Notes under the pieces: generated by a model
Database searches by the model: none
Told to the model about the DNA's origin: nothing
Seen by the model: the letters and a program-made list of their open reading frames with translations, nothing else
Shown here: positions 1 to 12,508 of the stretch, in pieces
Numbering within the stretch: position 1 is the stretch's first letter
Layout: every line of letters begins with the position of its first letter
Translations under genes and position numbers: made by a program
Origin: an uncultured Spirochaetota bacterium
GTDB lineage: Bacteria; Spirochaetota; Spirochaetia; SZUA-6; Fen-1364
DNA length: 64,000 nt
Assembly: GCA_963734545.1 (NCBI GenBank)
Contig: CAVTHO010000008.1
Coordinates: 192,001 to 256,000, forward strand
Reading direction: 5' to 3'

Positions 1-1479
1 GGCGGGGAACGACGACCTGCCTCATCTCGGGACGGACGTCGATCACGTACTCGAGGCTGTCGCCGAATCTCGCCCTCATGCCGGCGAGGTAGCTCTCCGC
101 GTACTCGATCTCCGTTCCCAGCGTCGCCGTCGTTGCCTCCGTGGAAGAGACGTAGCGGAGCATCCGGGCGAGATTCAGGATCAGCTCCTGGATGGCCGCC
201 GGGGACCCTTCCTCCGCCATGATGCCGATGGTCTGCAGCATGTTGTGGATGAAGTGCGGGTTCAGCTGCGACTGCAGCGCCACGAGCTGGGCCTCCTTCT
301 CGTGCGCGCGCAGCGACACGGCCTCCTGGATGGATTCGTTGAGCTTCAGCCGCATGTCCCGGAAGGCCAGGCGCAGCTCGTCGATCTCCCCAAGGTCGGT
401 CTTGTGGGTCCCGGCGCCGATCTCGTCGAGGTTTCCCAGGTCCAGCGCCTCGATCTCGGCGTGCAGCGCCTTGAGCGGGCACCGTCACGCGGCGGGCGAT
501 GAAGTAGGAGGCCGCCAGGGAGCAGGTGATGGCGATCAGGGCCAGGAGCGCGATCCGCACCGCGTACTGAAGGACGCTCGCCGTCAGGCCGCCGGTAGGC
601 TCGCCGATCAGGAGGGTCCAGCCCGTGTCCCTCGAGGTGGCGATCGCAAAGATCTGCGGCTCGCGCTTCCCCGGGAGGACGCCGGTCACGATCGGGCGCG
701 CGCGCCGCCTGGTCGGCCAGCCGGCGGAAGAGGGCGGGATCGGCGGGGGAGCCGTCATAGGGGTAGAGCTGGTTCCAGGCGCCGTCGAAGAGAAAGAACG
801 AGCCGGAAGTGCCGTTCAGCAGATCGAGCTCGCTGAACAGCGCGTCGCAGTACTGCTCGACCTCGACGATCCCCTGCGTGGACAGGAGCGCGTCCTGGAA
901 CGTCCTCACCAGGGACACGTAGCGCTTGTCCTTGACGATGATCGACGTCTGCTCCAGGAGCGGATCCATGTGCGGGGGAAGGATCACGCGGTCTCCGCCC
1001 GCCCCCATGACCGCCGCGTACCACGGTTCGCGTCTTCACGTCCCGCTCGATGAGGCGGCTGTAGTAGCCGGCGCCGATCATCTCGCCCCGAAGATCGAAG
1101 ACGTTGGCCTGCGGCGCGGAGCGGTTGGGGCCGAGAATCGTCTCGCTGATCTCGATCAGCGCCTCCGTGTTCTCCAGCCTGGCGATTCTCTGCTCGGCCG
1201 AGGCCGGGGCTGCGCGGAAGGGCAAGGTGGCGCGCGTACAGGCCCTGGAAGACCCGGGAATAGATGATCGTCAGGCTCAGCCGGTTCATCTCGGCCACCT
1301 GGGCATCCAGGTTCGTCATGACGGAGCGCGACAGCGTGTTCAGCGCTTCGGCAAAGCGGTCCCGCGCCACGCCGGAGGCGTAGTCGTACACCACCAGGGA
1401 GAAGGCCGACGAGCACGCACACCAGGAGCAGCGAGACGGCGAGAAAGACCGATCCCTGGACCGTTCGACGGCGCGACAC
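1..1479 (-). CDS. YesM/LytS-family sensor histidine kinase (frameshifted, runs off window start)
   Basis: N-terminal TM segment (VFLAVSLLLVCVLV) and periplasmic region across ORFs 1156-1479, 984-1487, 755-1225, 346-1008; reverse strand near 230-280 encodes LQSQLNPHFIHNMLQTI, the His_kinase motif. Confidence 0.8.
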
Positions 1480-1592
1480 GGGGGCATGATACCACGGAAT
1501 TTATTCCATGTTCCCGCGCAATCCAGTCCATTTACGGCCCCCGAGGCCGCCCTGATACTGCCAGTGAACTCATACGCTCGAAGGAGGCACTC

Positions 1593-2884
1593 ATGATCAA
1601 ACGATCGATTCTCTGTCTCGTTCTGGCGGCCGCTTGCGCGGCCCTCGGCTTCGCTGCGCCAGCGAGGCGGCCTCGGGGCCGGTGACGCTCACCGTCTGGG
1701 ACTTCAAGTACAGCGAGGTCGAACCGGGCGGCGCGCAGGCGCCCATGAAGCAGATCGACGCGCTGTTCCAGCAGAAGAACCCCGGCGTCACGATCAACCA
1801 CGTGGCGCAGCCCGCTGGAGCCCCAGTACTACCAGATCATCCAGGCAGCGGCCACCGCGAACCAGGGACCGGACGTGGCCATGTTCCACCCCGGCGCCCG
1901 CGAGTACGGGTTTGGCGACATCCTCGTCGACCTGACCCCGTACATCCAGGACGTGAAGAACCAGTTCACGGCCGCGAGCATCGCGATGGTCTCCATGGAC
2001 GGCAAGGTCGGCGCGCCGATCAAGCTCCTGCCCCTGACCATGCAGGGCTTCGGCATCTACTACAACAAGGCCTACTTCAAGAAGGCCGGCCTGGATCCCG
2101 AGCAGGCCCCCAAGACCGCGGCGCAGTTCCTGGCCGCCTGTGAGAAGCTGAAGGCGGCCGGGATCGTTCCCATCACCGTCGGCCAGACCTACACGATCGA
2201 CTTCCTCCTTCGCTGCCTCGTGGCAAACGCCTACGGACCGAACGTCGCCGGCCTCAAGGATGGCTCCGCAGAAGTACACGGACCCCCTGTTCAAGGAGAG
2301 CGTGGAGTTCGTCAAGACGCTCGTGGACAAGGGGTACCTGGAGAAGGACGGCTTCTCCCGGCCGTATTTCATGGACGGGATCGACAAGTTCGCCGCCGGG
2401 AACGGCGGAATGTTCGTCGGGCTCCTGTCGGACGTCGGCAACTGGAAGAGCGTTCTCCGACAAGCTGGGCGCCAACAACATCGGCTACTTCCCCACCATC
2501 AACTTCCCCGACAGCAAGTACAAGGACCAGCAGGTGGCCCAGGGCGCGGGGATCGGCTACGGCGTCATGACGTGGTCGAAGAACCAGAAGCTGGCCGCCG
2601 CGTACGTCAAGTTCGCCACCACCGGAGAGGGAGCGGGCATCTACGCCAGCACGACCGGCGCCCTGTCCCCCAACACGGCGGTGAGCGGCTCCGACGCGGC
2701 CTACCCGGCGCTCAAGATCATCCAGCAGTACCTCAAGGGCGGCCTGGCCCTGGACTACCTCCCGATGTTCTACAACGGGTACGAGGATGACTACGAACCG
2801 GCTCTGAACGACCGGCTGTTCGTGACGGGCGAGCTCACCATGGACCAGTACATCGCCGAGTACCAGAAGCTCATCACGAAATAG
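1593..2884 (+). CDS. Carbohydrate ABC substrate-binding protein, CUT1 (frameshifted)
   Basis: RBS AAGGAGG, ATG 1593, signal peptide MIKRSILCLVLAAACAALG; VTLTVWD, GIYYNKAYFKKAGLDP motifs; pieces in ORFs 1634, 1875, 2260, 2534. Confidence 0.85.
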
Positions 2885-2899
2885 CACTCCACGTCGGAG

Positions 2900-2925
2900 G
2901 GACGGGGCGCGAGCCCCGTCCTTTC
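2900..2925 (+). terminator. Intercistronic stem-loop after binding-protein gene
   Basis: GGACGGGGC-GCGA-GCCCCGTCC followed by TTTC. Confidence 0.6.
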
Positions 2926-2950
2926 TATTCTTTCCCACGGAGCATCTGCC

Positions 2951-3830
2951 ATGCGTCATCGAAGGCTCGAACAGAGACGGAATCGCCCCCTACCTCTTCC
3001 TGTCGCCGCTGCTGGTGCTCCTTGCCGCGTTCATCCTCTATCCCGTCGTCATGAACCTGGTCGCGAGCTTCACGGAGTGGAAGGGATATGGACCCATGAA
3101 ATGGATCGGCCTGTCCAACTACCGCGTCCATGCTCAGCCGACCAGGCGTTCTGGACGTCCATCCGGAACACCGCCATCCTCGTCTGCTACATCCCGCTCA
3201 GCGTGGCGATCACGGTGTTCGTCTCCGCGCTCCTGCGCGAAGGGCTGCGAGGTTGGCAGGTCTACCGTGCCATCCTCTACATCCCGAACCTCCTGGGACT
3301 GGTCATCATCGGCGTGGTCTTCTCGATCTATCTCCGCGACGACGGTCCGCTGAACCTCGCGCTCAAGTGGGCCGGCGGCTCGACCGTGCGATTCATGACC
3401 TCCCCGTGGCTGGCCCTCAACTCCATTGCCATCATCAAGGTCGTCTGGGTCCACCTCGGCTTCGGCCTCATCTACTTCCTGGCCGCCATGAACGGCATCG
3501 AGCCAGGGAGTCTACGAGGCGGCGATCATCGACGGCGCGGGCTTCTTCCAGACGTTCTGGCGCGTCACCGTGCCGAGCATCCGCTTTGCCATCGAGTTCT
3601 GGGTGGTGTTCAACTTCATCGAGGTGTTCGCCCGCATGTTCAGCCTCATCTACACCCTCACCCAGGGCGGACCCGGATATGCCACGTTCACCCTGGAGTA
3701 CGGGATCTTCGTCCAGGGATTCGCGAAGTTCCGCGTCGGGTACTCCAGCGCGTGGTCCACGGTCCTGTTCCTCTTCTGCGCCGTCATTTCCGTCGCGCAG
3801 ATCCGCCTGATGCGGCGGAGGAGCGCATGA
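2951..3830 (+). CDS. Carbohydrate ABC permease (frameshifted)
   Basis: SFTEWKG, FWTSIRNT, EAA loop (YEAAIIDGAG) across ORFs 2951, 3015, 3570. Confidence 0.85.
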
Positions 3831-4668
3831 GAAAGGCCTCTTCCATCGGCGCCGGGTGGCGCGTGCTCGTCCAGGTCTTCCTGATCGCGCTGGTCGTCGC
3901 CTCGCTCCTCCCGCTGTACAACGTGATTGCCGCCAGCTTCAAGTCCGCGGACGAGTTCGTGATGAACCCCTTCTTTCCGCCGCAAGTCGCCCACTACGGA
4001 CAACTACGTCTACGCCGCCGTCAGCGCGCGGCTGCTGCGCTTCGCGGTCAACAGCCTCATCCTCGTGCCGCTGGGTCTGCTGCTGTACCTGGCGGTATGC
4101 ATCTCGGCGGGCTACGCGTTCGGCAAGATGCGATTCCGCCTCAGGCTGCCCCTGTTCCTCCTCGTGCTCTTTCTCACGATCTTCCCGCAGCTCCTCCTGG
4201 CGACCCAGGTGTTCAAGCTGATCTCCCTGCTGCACCTGACCAATACCGCGTCCGGCGTCATCCTCACGTGGGTGGCCTACTTCGCGCCGTTCGGCACCTA
4301 CATCATGACCACGTATTTCGCCGACATGCCCTACGAGCTGGTGGAGGCCGCGCGCATGGATGGCGCCTCCCCGCTGCGGATCCTCGTGCAGGTGATGACA
4401 CCCCTGGCCGCGCCGATGATCGCAACCGTCGCCATCATCGGGTTCCAGTCCATGTGGAACGAGCTGCCGTTTTCCCTGCTGATCCTGCAGGACCAGGGCT
4501 CGCGGACGCTCACGCTCGGCATCGCCATGATGAGGGGGGAGTACGGCCTTCGGCGTGCCGATCCTGAGCGCGGCCGTTGTCATCGCCATGGCGGTGCCCC
4601 TGGTCATCTTTCTCATCTTCCAGCGCCGCATCACGCTCGGAGCCACGGCCGGCGCCATCAAGGGGTGA
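3827..4668 (+). CDS. Carbohydrate ABC permease, MalG-like (frameshifted)
   Basis: AGYAFGKMRF, ELVEAARMDGAS, C-terminal TAGAIKG-stop; ATGA overlap with the previous gene. Confidence 0.85.
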
Positions 4669-4673
4669 TACCG

Positions 4674-6962
4674 ATGACACCAGCACAACCGATTCCGCGA
4701 GGACATGCTCGACCTGGAGGACCCAGCCGCCGCCGGGGACGTCGTCTACATCGCCGCCCCGGCCACTTCTGCGCGGGCGGAAGGCGATGTCGCGGTGCTC
4801 ACTCTGCCCCTGATCGCCCGAAAGCCTTCTTCGTTCGAAGCCGACCCGGCCGTGGCCCCCATGGTCGCGGATCTTCGCCTGCAGTCATTCGGCGGATGCA
4901 TGGTGAGGGCGTGCGTGGAGTTTCAGCATTCCGGGGACGGCTGCGCCGCTGGAGGACCTGGATTCCAGCCCGATGATCGAGCGTGACGACACCCTTCAGA
5001 CCGAGCCGCTCGTCGTCCTGCGGGGAGTCGAGGCCGGGGAATATGTCGTCAAGGACGCGTCCGGCAGGGTGGTGCTGCGGACGCTTCCACCCCGCCTCCC
5101 GTCGCACCCCTGGAGCCGGCAGCTGCCGGATCCGGATCCCGTCTTCGACGCGGTCGTCTGCCCAGACGGCGCGGCAGAAGTTCCGTTCATGGCCCACGAC
5201 ACGTTTTTCCCCGCACACCGCGAGTCCATTGGCCTCGGCTGCGTGTCTGCGCGGCGGCACGCACGCGTCTTTCTCTGTTCTCCCTGCACGCCCGCCCGGG
5301 AGAGCGCTTCCTGGGGACCGGCGAGCGATTCTCCCGCTTCGGCCTCGCCGGTTCGACGGTCGTGCTGGAAAACACCGACGCCCTGGGGGTGTCCTCACGG
5401 CGGGCGTACAAGAACGTTCCGTTCTACGTGTCCAGCGCCGGCTACGGTCTGTTCGTCCACACCTCGTACCGAACGCGGCTGTCATTTGCCGACATCTCCT
5501 CCCGGGCCGTCCAGGGCGCCGTGGAGTCGTCTACCCTGGACCTGTTCTTCATCGGCGGAGGCTCGGTGCCGTCGATCGTGCGAAACTACCGGCGCCTGAC
5601 CGGCGTTCCGCGCCCGCCCCCGCTGTGGAGCTACGGCACGTGGATGGCGCGCATGACGTACTTCTCGGCGAAGGAAGCGCTCGAGGTGGCGGAGGGAATG
5701 CGCACGGGCGGCTTCCCGTGCGACGTGATCCATCTCGACACCGGGTGGTTCAGGACCGACTGGAGGTGCGAGTGGGAGTTCAGCCCGGAGCGGTTTCCGG
5801 ACCCCGAGGGGTTCTTCCGTGAAATGAAGAGTCTCGGGTTTCGGGTCAGTCTCTGGCAGTTGCCGCTGGTGACGGAAGGAACCAGCCTGTACGCCCTGGC
5901 TCGCGAGAACAGGTACATCGCGCCGGGAACCATGCCTCCGCTCGAATCGAAGTTCGACGACGCCCGAGGCTGCACCATCGACTTCACCAACCCTCGAGGC
6001 GGTGGAGTGGTACAAGGGCCTGCTGCGGAGGCTGTTGAGGATGGGAGCCGCGGCGATCAAGACGGACTTCGGAGAGATCGATCGACATGCAGGCCTCCTA
6101 CCACGGCATGAGCGCCGCGCGGCTTCGCAACATCTACTGCCTGCTCTATCACCGGGCCGCGTTCGAGGTGACGCGGGAGGTCTACCCGGACGGCATCATC
6201 TGGGCCCGGTCGGGATGGGCGGGAAGCCAGCGCTACCCGGTCCACTGGGGCGGGGACGCGGCCTGCACGTGGGACGGGCTGGCCGCTACGATCCGCGGGG
6301 GACTTCAGATCGGGCTGTCCGGTTTCGCGTTCTGGAGCCACGACGTTCCGGGATTCCACTCCCTTCCCAGCTTCATGAACGACCGTCCCTCCGACGAGTT
6401 GTTCGTCCGCTGGACCCAGGTCGGCGTGTTCACCTCCCACCTCCGCTTCCACGGGTCTTCCGCCCGCGAGCCCTGGGAGTACCCTTCCGTGGCCGGGTCG
6501 GTGCGGGAATGGCTCAAGCTGCGCTACGCGCTGATTCCCTACTTCCTGCGGGAAGCCGAACGGGCGATTTCCAGCGGTCTGCCGATCTTTCGCTCGCTGG
6601 TCTTTCATCATGAAGAGGATCCGGTCGCCTGGACGATCGAGGACGAGTTCTATTGCGGCGGGACGTTCCTGGTTGCTCCGATCCTCAGTGCCACGGGGGC
6701 AAGAAGCGTGTACCTGCCCGCCGGCGAATGGATCGACTTCTGGACCGGGGAGCGGATCCGGGGTCCGGTCGCCCTGGGCCGCGTGGAGCAGCCCCTCTCA
6801 CGCGTGCCGCTCTATGTCCGCAGCGACGCCGTCATCCCGTTCTATCCCGAGCCGGTTGCCTGCACGGATGAAATGGACCTCTCGCGGAACGCCGAGCTTG
6901 TCTTCGATGACAGTTACCGCGGCTTCCGCTCGTCACCCCTTGGGAGGGGCATCGAGCTGTGA
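4674..6962 (+). CDS. GH31 glycoside hydrolase, alpha-xylosidase/YicI-like (frameshifted)
   Basis: AYKNVPFY, DVIHLDTGWF, nucleophile motif KTDFGE, HWGGD, FWSHDVPGF, REPWEY across ORFs 4705, 4973, 5362, 6002, 6087. Confidence 0.85.
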
Positions 6963-7973
6963 ACCGGCTCCACCCGGGGAGGCCTGCGTGGGCCGGAGTG
7001 TGTTCTCCAGGCGCTGTCCCTGCGCGCCGATCAGAGACATGGCGATGGGCTCATCCACGACCAGCATGGTCACGAACCCGCCGCGCAGGGCCGCGAGGAC
7101 TGCCGCCGTCTTCTCCCCGCCGGCGGCCGCTCCCAGCCGCACGGGGATCCGTCCAAGCGTGGCGCGATCAATGCCGACCAGACGGTCGTTGACATCGCAC
7201 GGCAGGACGGCCCCGTCCGCTCCGATGTGAAGACCGCAGACGGTTCCGACGGCTCCCGCGGAGAGGAGCGCCTCCGAGTCCTCCGGGCGGAGGAAGCCCG
7301 CCCGCACGAGCGAGCTGACGGCGGGCAGGTTCGACCCGATTCCGAACAGGGCCAGGTGCACGGTCGCCGCGTCGGCAAGCACGTGCGCCACGCCCGGCTC
7401 CCTCACGAGCATCTCCTTGAGCGCGACATCGCGCACCACGAGCGGCGCCTGCACGATGCGGTAGCCCCCGGCGAGCTTCTCCGCGAGCTTCTGGGCGAGC
7501 CCGAACCCGTCGATGGCCGGGTCCCCCGAGCCAAGACCGCCATGCAGCTGCAGGATTTCCACGTCGCGGAGCGCCTGGGGCTCCACGTGCCGCACCAGCT
7601 CGTACAGGGTGGTCCCCCAGCTTATGCCGATGCGGACCCCGTCATGCAGGAGGGGGCGAAGGCGTCGCGCGGCGGCCATCCCCACGTGGGACTTCGCCTG
7701 TGCCGGGTCCGCGCTGGCGGGGACCACGACCGCGTCCGCGAGCCCGAAGCGCTCGCGAAGGGCGGCGGCGAGCCGCGAGGCGTGCGAGGTGTCGTCATTG
7801 ACGCGGATCTCCACGATGCCCTGCTCCCGGCAGAGCTTCAGCATGGCGGAGACCGACGAGCGCGCGACGTTCAGCTTCTCGGCGATCTCCTGTTGAGACA
7901 GGTCCTGCTCGTAGTACATGCGCGCAACGGCGATCAGCGTCTCGCGCCGCGTCGATACCCTTTCCCGTTCCAT
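6933..7973 (-). CDS. SorC/DeoR (sugar-binding domain) transcriptional regulator
   Basis: VARMYYEQDLSQQEIAEKLNVARSSVS HTH; IGISWGTTL, AAGGEK sugar-phosphate binding domain. Confidence 0.9.
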   Translation of the reverse strand: MERERVSTRRETLIAVARMYYEQDLSQQEIAEKLNVARSSVSAMLKLCREQGIVEIRVNDDTSHASRLAAALRERFGLADAVVVPASADPAQAKSHVGMAAARRLRPLLHDGVRIGISWGTTLYELVRHVEPQALRDVEILQLHGGLGSGDPAIDGFGLAQKLAEKLAGGYRIVQAPLVVRDVALKEMLVREPGVAHVLADAATVHLALFGIGSNLPAVSSLVRAGFLRPEDSEALLSAGAVGTVCGLHIGADGAVLPCDVNDRLVGIDRATLGRIPVRLGAAAGGEKTAAVLAALRGGFVTMLVVDEPIAMSLIGAQGQRLENTLRPTQASPGGAGSQLDAPPKG

Positions 7974-7997
7974 GCGGCCTCCTCGCCGGACTCCGGC

Positions 7998-9184
7998 TCA
8001 GGCCAGAATCGCCCAGCAGTTCTCCAGGAGCGTCCGAACCCTGCCGAGGAACGCCGCGGCAGGCGCGCCGTCGATGTGCCTGTGGTCATGCGTGAGACAC
8101 AGGCTCATGAGGCGGCGGGGCTCGATGTCCCCCGAGGGGCCCCGGCGCAGCACCTCCTCGATGGCGCCCACACCGAGGATGGCGCTTTCCGGAACGTTGA
8201 TCAACGGCGTGAACTCCGTGATCCCGTACATGCCGAGGTTGGTGATGGTGAACGTCCCGCCGCTGCACTCCTCGGCCGCGAGGGTCCCCCGGCGCGCCTG
8301 GTCGGCCAGGTCCCGGAGGCGAGCCGACACCTCGCGGACGGTCAGCGTATCCGCGGCGCGGATCACCGGCACGATGAGGCCGCTTTCCAGGGCCACGGCG
8401 ACGCCGATGGCTACATCGGCCTGCAGGATGATCCGGTCGCCCTGGATGGTCGAGTTCAGAACAGGGTGCTCCCGGAGAGCAAGCGCTGATGCCCGCACGA
8501 TGAAATCAGTGAAGGAGACACGGGGGCGGTTGCCGGCGTTTATCCTCTCGCGGAGGTCCACAAGCTCGGTGACATCCGCGCGAGTGACCAATGTGACGGC
8601 GGGCACCGTCTGGTGGCTTCGCAGCATCTTGTCCGCGATCAGCTTCCGTATCCCCGTCATGGGCGTTCCGGTTCCGGGGAGAACCTCCGGCCGGGCCTGG
8701 GCCGTCCAGGCCGCCACGTCGCGCGCATGCACGGCGCCGCCCGGCCCCGTTCCCTTCAACGCGGAGAGGGAGACGCCAGCTTCCGCAGCGAGGCGACGCG
8801 CTGCGGGCGTGGCCGGCGCCCTGCCCGGCGCAACCGTGGGTGCCGGTGCAGCCTGCTGTGCGGGAGCAGCGACCGGCGCGCACCGGGGCGCCGGCGTGGG
8901 GCTGCGCGGGCGTGGCAGACCGGGGCCGCGGCCTCAACGGTCTCCCCGGGCGCGCCGATCCACGCGATGGTGTCCGTGACCTTCACGACGGCGCCGTCGC
9001 CGTGCACGATGGCCAGGAGCGTGCCCTCGTCCTCCGCCTCCAGGTCCATGGTGACCTTGTCGGTTTCAATGACGGCGATGGGCTCGCCCCGGGTGACCGT
9101 GTCCCCCGGCTTCTTGAGCCACCGCACGATCGTGCCTTCCTCCATTGCCATGCCCGTCTTGGGCATGATCACGCTGCGTGCCAT
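7998..9184 (-). CDS. acoC: Dihydrolipoamide acyltransferase E2, AcoC-like (frameshifted)
   Basis: Single lipoyl domain (IETDKVTM), peripheral-subunit-binding GTGPGG, catalytic HDHRHIDGA. Confidence 0.85.
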
Positions 9185-9194
9185 GGCCGGGGCC

Positions 9195-10172
9195 CTACCT
9201 CATCAACGCGCGCGCCGCGGCGGCGATTGTCTCGTGCGTCGGGACCACTGCAGCTTCCAGGGTCTTGTTGTACGGGATGGGAACGTCCCGCCCGCCCAGA
9301 CGGCGGACCGGCGCATCGAGGTGGAAGAAGGCCTCGCTGTCGCAGATAGCCGCGGCGATCTCTCCGCCGAAGCCGGCGAACTGGCACGCCTCGTGAACGA
9401 TGAGCACGCGGCCCGTCTTCCTGGCGGAGGCGATGATGGCCGCCGTGTCCAGCGGCCGCAGCGAGCGCAGGTCGATGACCTCCGCGTCCACTCCCTCGCC
9501 GGCCAGGGTGCCGGCCGCCTCGAGGCAGCGCTGAACCATGCGGCCATAGGTGATGACGGTGAGGTCCTTTCCCGGGCGCTTCACGTCCGCCACGCCCAGC
9601 GGCACGAGGTGCTCCCCGTCGGGAACTTCGCCCTTCGTGCGGTAGAGGAGCTTCTGCTCCAGGAAGACCACCGGGTTGTCATCCCGTATGGACGACTTGA
9701 GAAGCCCCTTGGCATCCGCCGGCGTGGAGGGCGCCACCACCTTGAGGCCGGGGACGTTCAGAATCCAGGACTCGACGCTCTGCGAGTGCTGCGCCGCCGC
9801 ACCGGTGCCGGAGCCTTCGGGCGCGCGCAGCACCAGGGGCACCGATGCCTGTCCGCCGAACTGGTAGCGGGCCTTGGCCGCCTGGTTGACGAGCTGGTCC
9901 ATGGCGATAGTGATGAAGTCGAGAACATGATCTCCACGATGGGCCGCATGCCCGTCATGGCAGCCCCCACCGCGGCGCCCGTGATGGCGGCCTCGGAGAT
10001 CGGCGTGTCGCGCACGCGCTCGGGACCGAACTCCTCGATCATCCCGCGCGTCACGCCGAAGGCGCCCGCCGTAGGGTCCGATGTCCTCGCCCAGGAGGAA
10101 GACGTGCTCGTCGCGACGCATCTCCTCCGACATCGCGTCTTTTATCGCCTGGGCGTAGGTGATTTCAGGCAT
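9195..10172 (-). CDS. acoB: TPP-dependent dehydrogenase E1 beta, acetoin-dehydrogenase-like (frameshifted)
   Basis: [45 protein letters not shown]. Confidence 0.85.
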   Translation of the reverse strand: MPEITYAQAIKDAMSEEMRRDEHVFLLGEDIGPYGGRLRRDARDDRGVRSRARARHADLRGRHHGRRGGGCHDGHAAHRGDHVLDFITIAMDQLVNQAAKARYQFGGQASVPLVLRAPEGSGTGAAAQHSQSVESWILNVPGLKVVAPSTPADAKGLLKSSIRDDNPVVFLEQKLLYRTKGEVPDGEHLVPLGVADVKRPGKDLTVITYGRMVQRCLEAAGTLAGEGVDAEVIDLRSLRPLDTAAIIASARKTGRVLIVHEACQFAGFGGEIAAAICDSEAFFHLDAPVRRLGGRDVPIPYNKTLEAAVVPTHETIAAAARALMR

Positions 10173-11135
10173 AGACGTCTTCCTCCACCGTGTCCACCGA
10201 CGGTTCAGGGCTGGCCTCGGCGAAGGCGACCGCCTCTTCCACCGTCCGCGCTGCCGCCGCGTCCATGGCCGCGATCTGCTCCGCGCTGAGCCCCATTCTC
10301 CCGAAGGACACGGGCCATCCGCGGGATGGGGTCCTTCTTCTTCCAGGACTCGACCTCTTCTTTCGCGCGGTACAGGCCCGCATCGCTCTTGGAGTGGCCC
10401 ATGATGCGGTAGGTGTTCAGGACGAGGAGCAGGGGACCGTTCCGGCGCACCGCGGCCCGCGCTTCCCGGGTCGCCGTCGTAAACCGCCACCGCGTCGTTT
10501 CCGTCCACGGAGCGGCCCGGCATGCCATAGGAGGCGGCCCGCATCGAAATGTCCTCTATGTTCATGCTCCTGCTGACATGCATCGACATCCCGTACTGGT
10601 TGTTGATGCAGACGAAGAGCACCGGAAGCTTCCATATCGAGGCGAGGTTGAGCGACTCGTGGAACGTTCCCTCGTTGGCCGCGCCGTCCCCGAAGAAGCA
10701 GACGACGATCCGATCGATCTTCTGCATCACGGTGCTGAGGGCCGCTCCCACCGCAATCGGGATCCCGCCGCCCACGATGCCGTTGGCCCCGAGGTTTCCG
10801 GCCGTGATCTCGGCGATGTGCATGCACCCGCCTTTGCCCTTGCACACGCCGGTGGCCTTGCCGAGGAACTCGGCCATCATCGTTTTCACGTTCATGCCCT
10901 TGGCGATGCTCTGCCCGTGCCCGCGGTGCGTTGCATAGATGAGATCCTGCGGCTCGATTGCCGCGCAGACACCGGCCGCGGTGGCCTCCTCGCCTACGCA
11001 GAAATGGGCGGTGCCGTGCACCTTTCCGAGGCTGAACAACTTCATGGCTGTTTCCTCGAATACCCTGGTGGTGGCCATGTTGGCGTACATGAGCTTGAGC
11101 TTGTCGAGCGGAACCTTTGCCCGTTGTATTGACAT
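10165..11135 (-). CDS. acoA: TPP-dependent dehydrogenase E1 alpha, acetoin-dehydrogenase-like (frameshifted)
   Basis: HGTAHFCVGEEA, THRGHG, GKGGCMH, TPP motif GDGAANEG...NN, YRIMGHSKSD. Confidence 0.85.
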
Positions 11136-11262
11136 ATGATACTTTTTTACGATTTTTTGTCATTTGTCAACAACAGGTCGATCGTGTGGAACAGCTTCTG
11201 CCGCTCTTTCAGCACTTGGCACCACCCCTAATCTCATGATCAGTATGAAAATAAGAATTAAC

Positions 11263-11337
11263 TTGACAAGTAGTCCAGAATATGGGAGAATCCGCCATAG
11301 TGGTTTGTTATTTAGAACAAAACTATTTTTTGTTGCA
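11263..11337 (+). promoter_or_regulatory. Sigma70-type promoter plus palindromic operator, copy 1
   Basis: TTGACA 11263, 17-bp spacer, TG-n-GAGAAT 11286; downstream TTTGTT-ATTTAG-AACAAA palindrome; near-duplicate at 12720-12794. Confidence 0.7.
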
Positions 11338-11398
11338 TAACCATTTTGTTGAAAATCGGCAGTTTGAGCCGATTCAAATTTAATTGAGGAGGAAGAAG

Positions 11399-12427
11399 AT
11401 GAAGAAGCTAATGCTGGCTGTGTTAGCGGTTGCTCTGGTGTTACCGCTAGGTTACGCCGCGCCAAAAAAGGTAGGGCATGTCGTCTATACCATGGAACAT
11501 CAGTTCCACCAGTCAATTGCTCGGGAACTTCAAAGCTATGGACCGAAAATGTACGGGGTCAAGGTAATCATTCTTGACGGCGGGGGCAAAGGAGAAAAAA
11601 TGCTTGCCGCCGTTGAAAATCTCATTGCGCAAAAGGTTGACGCTATTTCGATTCACAGCCCCGAAACGGCTTTGACTGCAAAGGCTATCGAACTTGCGCA
11701 TGCCAAAAAGATCCCTATTGTAACCACTTTGATTTACCCTGACTCAAAGAATGCACCTCATGTTCAGCCGATGGAAACGCCGGCATCCTATGCCGAAGGC
11801 AAGATAGCTGCTCAGCAGTGGCTAAAAGCTTTCCCGGATAAGCCCTGCAAAGTCGCTATTCTTAATTTCGGTGCATGGGAACAGGGAGAGGTTTTGAGAT
11901 TCGGGCCTTTCTTTGAAGGCGTCAAGGCAGTCGATCCGAATGCGGAACTTGTTACTGTTCTTAACGGTCAGGGTTCTACCGAAGTATCAATGAAAGTGAC
12001 CCTCGATATTCTCCAGGCTCATCCGGAAGTAAATATCTTCTTCGGCGGAAATGATGAAATGGCTCTTGGAGCTCTTGCGGCCTGCGAACAGAAGGGCAGA
12101 GGAAAAATGGACAATGGAACACCTCTGACTGAAATCATAGCAGGTGTTGACGGAAACTCCTCCGCGCTGATCAAGATATATGATCCGGACTGTTCATTCA
12201 AGATTTCTCAGGGTGCCGTACGCGATGTCGCTCGTGCTGAAATGGATTGTATGATGGGAATGATTGAAGGCAAAATCGATATGTACAAATTCCAGATTAT
12301 TCAGGCCTTCGTCAAAGAAATTGACTACTGGCAGACTTCTATCGAAGATGCCCAGGTATTCCTGATGGATAATTATGGCTATAAAGGGAAACTTGCAGCC
12401 GATGTAGCCAGGGGCAAAAAGAAATAA
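11399..12427 (+). CDS. Sugar ABC substrate-binding protein, CUT2/RbsB-like
   Basis: Signal peptide MKKLMLAVLAVALV; AVENLIAQKVDAI, FGGNDEMALGA, AGVDG; AT-richer than its flanks. Confidence 0.9.
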   Translation: MKKLMLAVLAVALVLPLGYAAPKKVGHVVYTMEHQFHQSIARELQSYGPKMYGVKVIILDGGGKGEKMLAAVENLIAQKVDAISIHSPETALTAKAIELAHAKKIPIVTTLIYPDSKNAPHVQPMETPASYAEGKIAAQQWLKAFPDKPCKVAILNFGAWEQGEVLRFGPFFEGVKAVDPNAELVTVLNGQGSTEVSMKVTLDILQAHPEVNIFFGGNDEMALGALAACEQKGRGKMDNGTPLTEIIAGVDGNSSALIKIYDPDCSFKISQGAVRDVARAEMDCMMGMIEGKIDMYKFQIIQAFVKEIDYWQTSIEDAQVFLMDNYGYKGKLAADVARGKKK

Positions 12428-12463
12428 CCCATAGGGCAAGAAAGAACTAGTCTAGGGAAAGGA

Positions 12464-12508
12464 AAGAGAAAGGATAAATGAAATACTTTATCCTTTCTCT
12501 TGTTTTGT
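12464..12508 (+). terminator. Intrinsic terminator
   Basis: Perfect 15-bp stem AAGAGAAAGGATAAA / TTTATCCTTTCTCTT, 8-nt loop, T-rich tail. Confidence 0.75.

Noticed and set aside
1593-4668. CUT1 transporters lacking an ATPase (also 57375-60493)
   Set aside because: Normal; these systems commonly share an unlinked MsmX/MalK-type ATPase.
9195-11135. Fused E1 alpha-beta
   Set aside because: Read-through arises from frameshifts; alpha has its own stop at 10165 overlapping the beta ATG at 10172.
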